Assembly: GCA_034520565.1 (NCBI GenBank)
Contig: JAXHNL010000002.1
Location: forward strand, 1,408,001 to 1,472,000
Source of the DNA: Halodesulfurarchaeum sp.
GTDB taxonomy: Archaea > Halobacteriota > Halobacteria > Halobacteriales > Halobacteriaceae
Reading direction: 5' to 3'
DNA length: 64,000 nt
Shown here: piece by piece, positions 60,685 to 64,000 of the stretch
How the letters are laid out: each line of letters starts with the position of its first letter
Position numbering within the stretch: the stretch's first letter is position 1
The notes under the pieces: generated by a model
Databases searched by the model: none
Seen by the model: the letters and a program-made list of their open reading frames with translations, nothing else
What the model was told of the DNA's origin: nothing
Program-made: the position numbers and the translations under genes

Positions 60685-61589
60685 CTTTCCACCGCCAGTT
60701 TGGCGACGTAAAACCCGCCACCGTCGGTCTGGTGTGGATAGTACCGCTTCGTCTTCTGCGTCGCCGATTCGAAGACAACACCCTCCCAGGATTCGAGCCC
60801 CGGTTCCGAGGGAAGCGGGCTCTCGAAGTCGACGAGAGTCGCGTCTGTATCGGCCACAGCCGCGTCGACGACGCCTTCGTTTTCCTCGGGGGCAAAGGTG
60901 CACGTCGAGTAGACCACGGTGCCGCCGGGTCGAGTTGCTTTGATCGCGCGCACGAGGATGTCCTTCTGGACCGTCGAAAGCCCGCGACTCGCATCGGGGC
61001 CGGCGTCGTCGAGGGCGTCCGGGTTCTTTCGAAGCGTTCCCTCACAGGTGCAGGGGGCGTCGACGAGGGCACGATCCACTTCCTCGATTCCGAGCGGCCC
61101 GAAGGAGTAGTTGCGGGCATCCTGGTTGGTGACCGCCATCGCGGTGACCCCGAGTCGATCGGCGTTCGACCGCATCGCGGAGAGCCGGCCGAGGTTGTCG
61201 TCGTTCGCGATGACAAGCCCTCGGTCGTCCATCTGAGCAGCGAGCTGGGTGGCTTTGCCACCAGGAGCGGCAGCAGCAGCCCAAACGGTTTCCTCGGGAT
61301 CGGGGTCGAGGACGAGCGGAGGGATCGCCGAGACCGCCTCTTGACCGTGGATCCAACCGTGAACGTGTGGCCACGTGTTCCCCGGCTTCTCCGTGCCGAG
61401 TTCGAGAACCGTCTCGTGGACTGGCCGCCGCTCGACGCGGACGCCGGCCTCGTCGAACGCGTCGACGACCCGGTCGGGAGTGGCCCGGATCGTATTCACC
61501 CGCACCGTCGTCGGAAGTGGCCGTCCGAGAGCAGCGAGGAACGCGTCGAACTCGGGGATCATCGACTCGTACCGCCGCAGGGTTTCCAT
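60681..61589 (-). CDS. RsmB/NOP2-family RNA m5C methyltransferase
   Basis: RVNT, AAPGGK, DAPC, YSTCTFAPEENE. Confidence 0.93.
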   Translation of the reverse strand: METLRRYESMIPEFDAFLAALGRPLPTTVRVNTIRATPDRVVDAFDEAGVRVERRPVHETVLELGTEKPGNTWPHVHGWIHGQEAVSAIPPLVLDPDPEETVWAAAAAPGGKATQLAAQMDDRGLVIANDDNLGRLSAMRSNADRLGVTAMAVTNQDARNYSFGPLGIEEVDRALVDAPCTCEGTLRKNPDALDDAGPDASRGLSTVQKDILVRAIKATRPGGTVVYSTCTFAPEENEGVVDAAVADTDATLVDFESPLPSEPGLESWEGVVFESATQKTKRYYPHQTDGGGFYVAKLAVER

Positions 61590-61698
61590 TCGACCCGGTT
61601 TTGGTGGGTGCGGGCTAAGATGTTTCGGACGGGCCAAGTGCGGGCTACGATGGTTCGGACGGGCCAACGTTGAACAGTGTCGCTCTCCAAGCGCTTGT

Positions 61699-62450
61699 AT
61701 GGGATCAGTTGTCACGACCAGTGACGTGAATCTGGACCGACCCGTCATGATCGAGGGGCTTCCGGGTGTCGGACTCGTCGGAAAGATCGCGACGGACCAC
61801 GTGATCGACGAGCTCGACATGTCGGCCATCGGCTACGTCGACTGCGACGGGCTGCCGAAAATCGCCGTCTACGGGGACAACGGCCACAAGGTCGAAACAC
61901 CGGTCAGGATCTACGCCGACCCGGAGCGGGATCTGCTGGCGTTACAGAGTGACGTTCCGGTATCGAGGCAGGCAGCCCCCGGCTTTGCCGAAATTCTCGT
62001 CGATTGGCTCGATTCGGTGGATGCACTCCCGCTCTTCTTGAGCGGACTCGCACTCGAAGAGCCCAAACCTGACGTGTCACCGACGGTGTACGGTGTCGCC
62101 ACGGGGGAGAGTGCGCCAAAACTCGAGGAAAACGACATCGAGCCACCGGGCGAACGGGGCGTCATAGGCGGACCGACCGGGGCCCTGGGTCAACCGGGCA
62201 AGTCACCGACCTGCATGGAACCTGGTGTGGCCTCATCGTCGAGAGCGATCCGCAGTTCCCGGATCCCGCGGCCGCCCGACAGCTCATCACACACGCGATC
62301 GAACCGATCGCGGACATCTCCGTGTCGACTGACGACCTCGTCGAACGCGCGGAGGAGATCCGGTCTCAGAAGGAGGCCCTCGCCAGGCGGATGCAACAGG
62401 CCGGCGAGGAGGAGAGCTCGCAGGCCCAGCCGCTGCGTATGTACCAGTAA
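61699..62450 (+). CDS. PAC2-family proteasome assembly chaperone (indel ~62185-62225)
   Basis: EGLPGVGLVGKIA; shifted frame gives QFPDP and C-terminal MYQ (HbYX) at TAA 62450. Confidence 0.85.
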
Positions 62451-62515
62451 TCCCTCGGTCCGGGTGACGGTGGGTTTTCCGTAGATTTAACAGGCAACTC
62501 GTCGCCATTTGAGAC

Positions 62516-63637
62516 ATGGTGGAGTTTGCAGACCGCGTCGAGTCGGTCTCGATTAGTGGGATCAGGGAAGTCTTCGAGGCGGCCGGCAGCGACGCGATCA
62601 ACCTCGGGCTCGGACAGCCGGACTTTCCGACGCCCGAGCACGCCCGGGAGGCCGCCGTCGAGGCGATTCGGGCCGGCGAGGCCGACGCATACACCTCGAA
62701 TTTCGGCACGGAATCGCTCAGAGCGGCGATCGCCGACAAACACGCTCGGGACAACGACCTCGAGTTGACGAGCGAACAGATCATCGCCACGGCCGGTGGG
62801 AGCGAGGCACTGCACCTGGCACTCGAGGCGCACGTCGATCCGGGCGAGGAGGTCTTGTACCCCGATCCGGGATTCGTCTCTTACTCGGCGCTTTCGAAAC
62901 TGGCCGGCGGTCGGCCGGTTCCGGTTCCGCTGCGCGATGATCTCACGCTTTCCCTGACCGCCGTCGAGGAGCGGATCACCGAGAACACTGCTGCAATCGT
63001 CGTCAACAGTCCGGCCAATCCGACGGGTGCGGTCCAGCCGGTCGAGGACATGCGTGAGTTCGCCCGTATCGCGGACGAACACGACGTCCTCCTGATTTCG
63101 GACGAGGTCTACGAACACATTGTCTTCGAGGGAACCCATCGCTCACCGATGGAGTTCGCCGAGTCGGACAACGTGATCCTGGTCAATGCTGCCTCGAAAG
63201 CTTATTCGATGACGGGCTGGCGGCTGGGCTGGGTCGTGGGAAGCGAGGAGCGGGTCGAACGAATGCTCCGGGTCCACCAGTACATACAGGCCTGCGCGAG
63301 CGCCCCAGCCCAACACGCGGCCGAAGCCGCGCTCCGGGGACCGCAGGACCAGGTCGAGGAGATGGTCGAGGCCTTCCAGACCCGGCGGGACGTCCTCCTC
63401 GAGGGGCTCGAGGACATGGGCCTCACCGTCCCCGAACCACGCGGCGCGTTCTACGCGATGCCACAGGTTCCGGACGGGTGGGTCGACGCCGTGATCGATC
63501 GCGGCGTGGTGGTCGTCCCGGGCGAGGCGTTCGGTGAACGAGGCGAAGGGTACGCCCGAATTTCGTATGCGACCGACCTCGAAACGATTCGTGACGCCCT
63601 CGACGTCATGCGTGAAGCGACCCGGGCCGTTTCCTAA
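62516..63637 (+). CDS. Class I PLP-dependent (aspartate-type) aminotransferase
   Basis: GQPDF, NSPANPTG, SDEVY, SKAYSMTGWRLG. Confidence 0.93.
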   Translation: MVEFADRVESVSISGIREVFEAAGSDAINLGLGQPDFPTPEHAREAAVEAIRAGEADAYTSNFGTESLRAAIADKHARDNDLELTSEQIIATAGGSEALHLALEAHVDPGEEVLYPDPGFVSYSALSKLAGGRPVPVPLRDDLTLSLTAVEERITENTAAIVVNSPANPTGAVQPVEDMREFARIADEHDVLLISDEVYEHIVFEGTHRSPMEFAESDNVILVNAASKAYSMTGWRLGWVVGSEERVERMLRVHQYIQACASAPAQHAAEAALRGPQDQVEEMVEAFQTRRDVLLEGLEDMGLTVPEPRGAFYAMPQVPDGWVDAVIDRGVVVVPGEAFGERGEGYARISYATDLETIRDALDVMREATRAVS

Positions 63638-63643
63638 CCGAAC

Positions 63644-64000
63644 TCACCTGACTGCAGGTTCGGTAAGAACCACGACCGTCGCGAGTCCGCCGACAGCGAG
63701 CGCGGCGGCTGCGGCAAAGACGGACACGTAGCTCCCGGTCCCTTCGATCACCGAGGCGACGATCGGCGGGCCCACGAACATTCCGAGCCAGCCCAGGGCG
63801 CTCACGACCGACACGGCCGTCCCGCCGACGTTTCGGGGCACGTACCGCTGGACGAGCGTGTACAGGAGACCGAACTGCAGCTGAATCGCGAAGCCAGCCA
63901 CGATCATTCCGCCGGCCATCAGGAGCAACGTCCCGCCGAACCCGAGGATCACCGCGACGAGCCCGGAACCGACCAGGGAGATCCCGATGACCGGGAGGGA
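63644..64000 (-). CDS. MFS transporter (3' part; starts beyond window)
   Basis: Open to window end; consecutive TM helices, GTAVSVV...VGPPIV...TGSY. Confidence 0.75.
   Translation of the reverse strand, partial: SLPVIGISLVGSGLVAVILGFGGTLLLMAGGMIVAGFAIQLQFGLLYTLVQRYVPRNVGGTAVSVVSALGWLGMFVGPPIVASVIEGTGSYVSVFAAAAALAVGGLATVVVLTEPAVR

Overview
High-GC haloarchaeal (class Halobacteria) chromosomal window with acidic proteins and many leaderless genes. 1-20.5 kb is a surface-glycosylation cluster (aglG, glmS, two GlmU-like nucleotidyltransferases, three epimerase/SDRs, UDP-sulfoquinovose synthase, aglJ, a TrmB regulator). It is interrupted by accessory cargo: an AAA-ATPase/nuclease, a DnaQ-like exonuclease, an IS1341-type tnpB element, two VapBC pairs, an orphan antitoxin and an AbiEi/AbiEii pair. 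The rest is mostly core genome (hisC, AK6, aMBF1, tpiA, dinB, gch3, trmO, two moeA, guaB, intron-containing tRNA-Trp, tRNA-Lys, cdpB1-like, acd, tyrosine recombinase plus DUF5805-like gene, phoU, dnaK/dnaJ/grpE). The most unusual signal is a family of non-coding elements built from GNA triloops and tandem GA mismatches that fold on one strand only. One is a ~300 bp branched element at 2.2-2.5 kb; two are ~100-130 bp elements between a tRNA and a duplicate of its 3' end, and one of these shares an exact 23-mer with the large element. Also notable are a PAS histidine kinase with all catalytic boxes degenerate and a shared GTTACT-N9-AGT(A/T)AC operator at two glycosylation operons. About nine genes, several housekeeping, carry small indels most consistent with long-read assembly error. 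All family assignments are by motif recognition; no searches were run.
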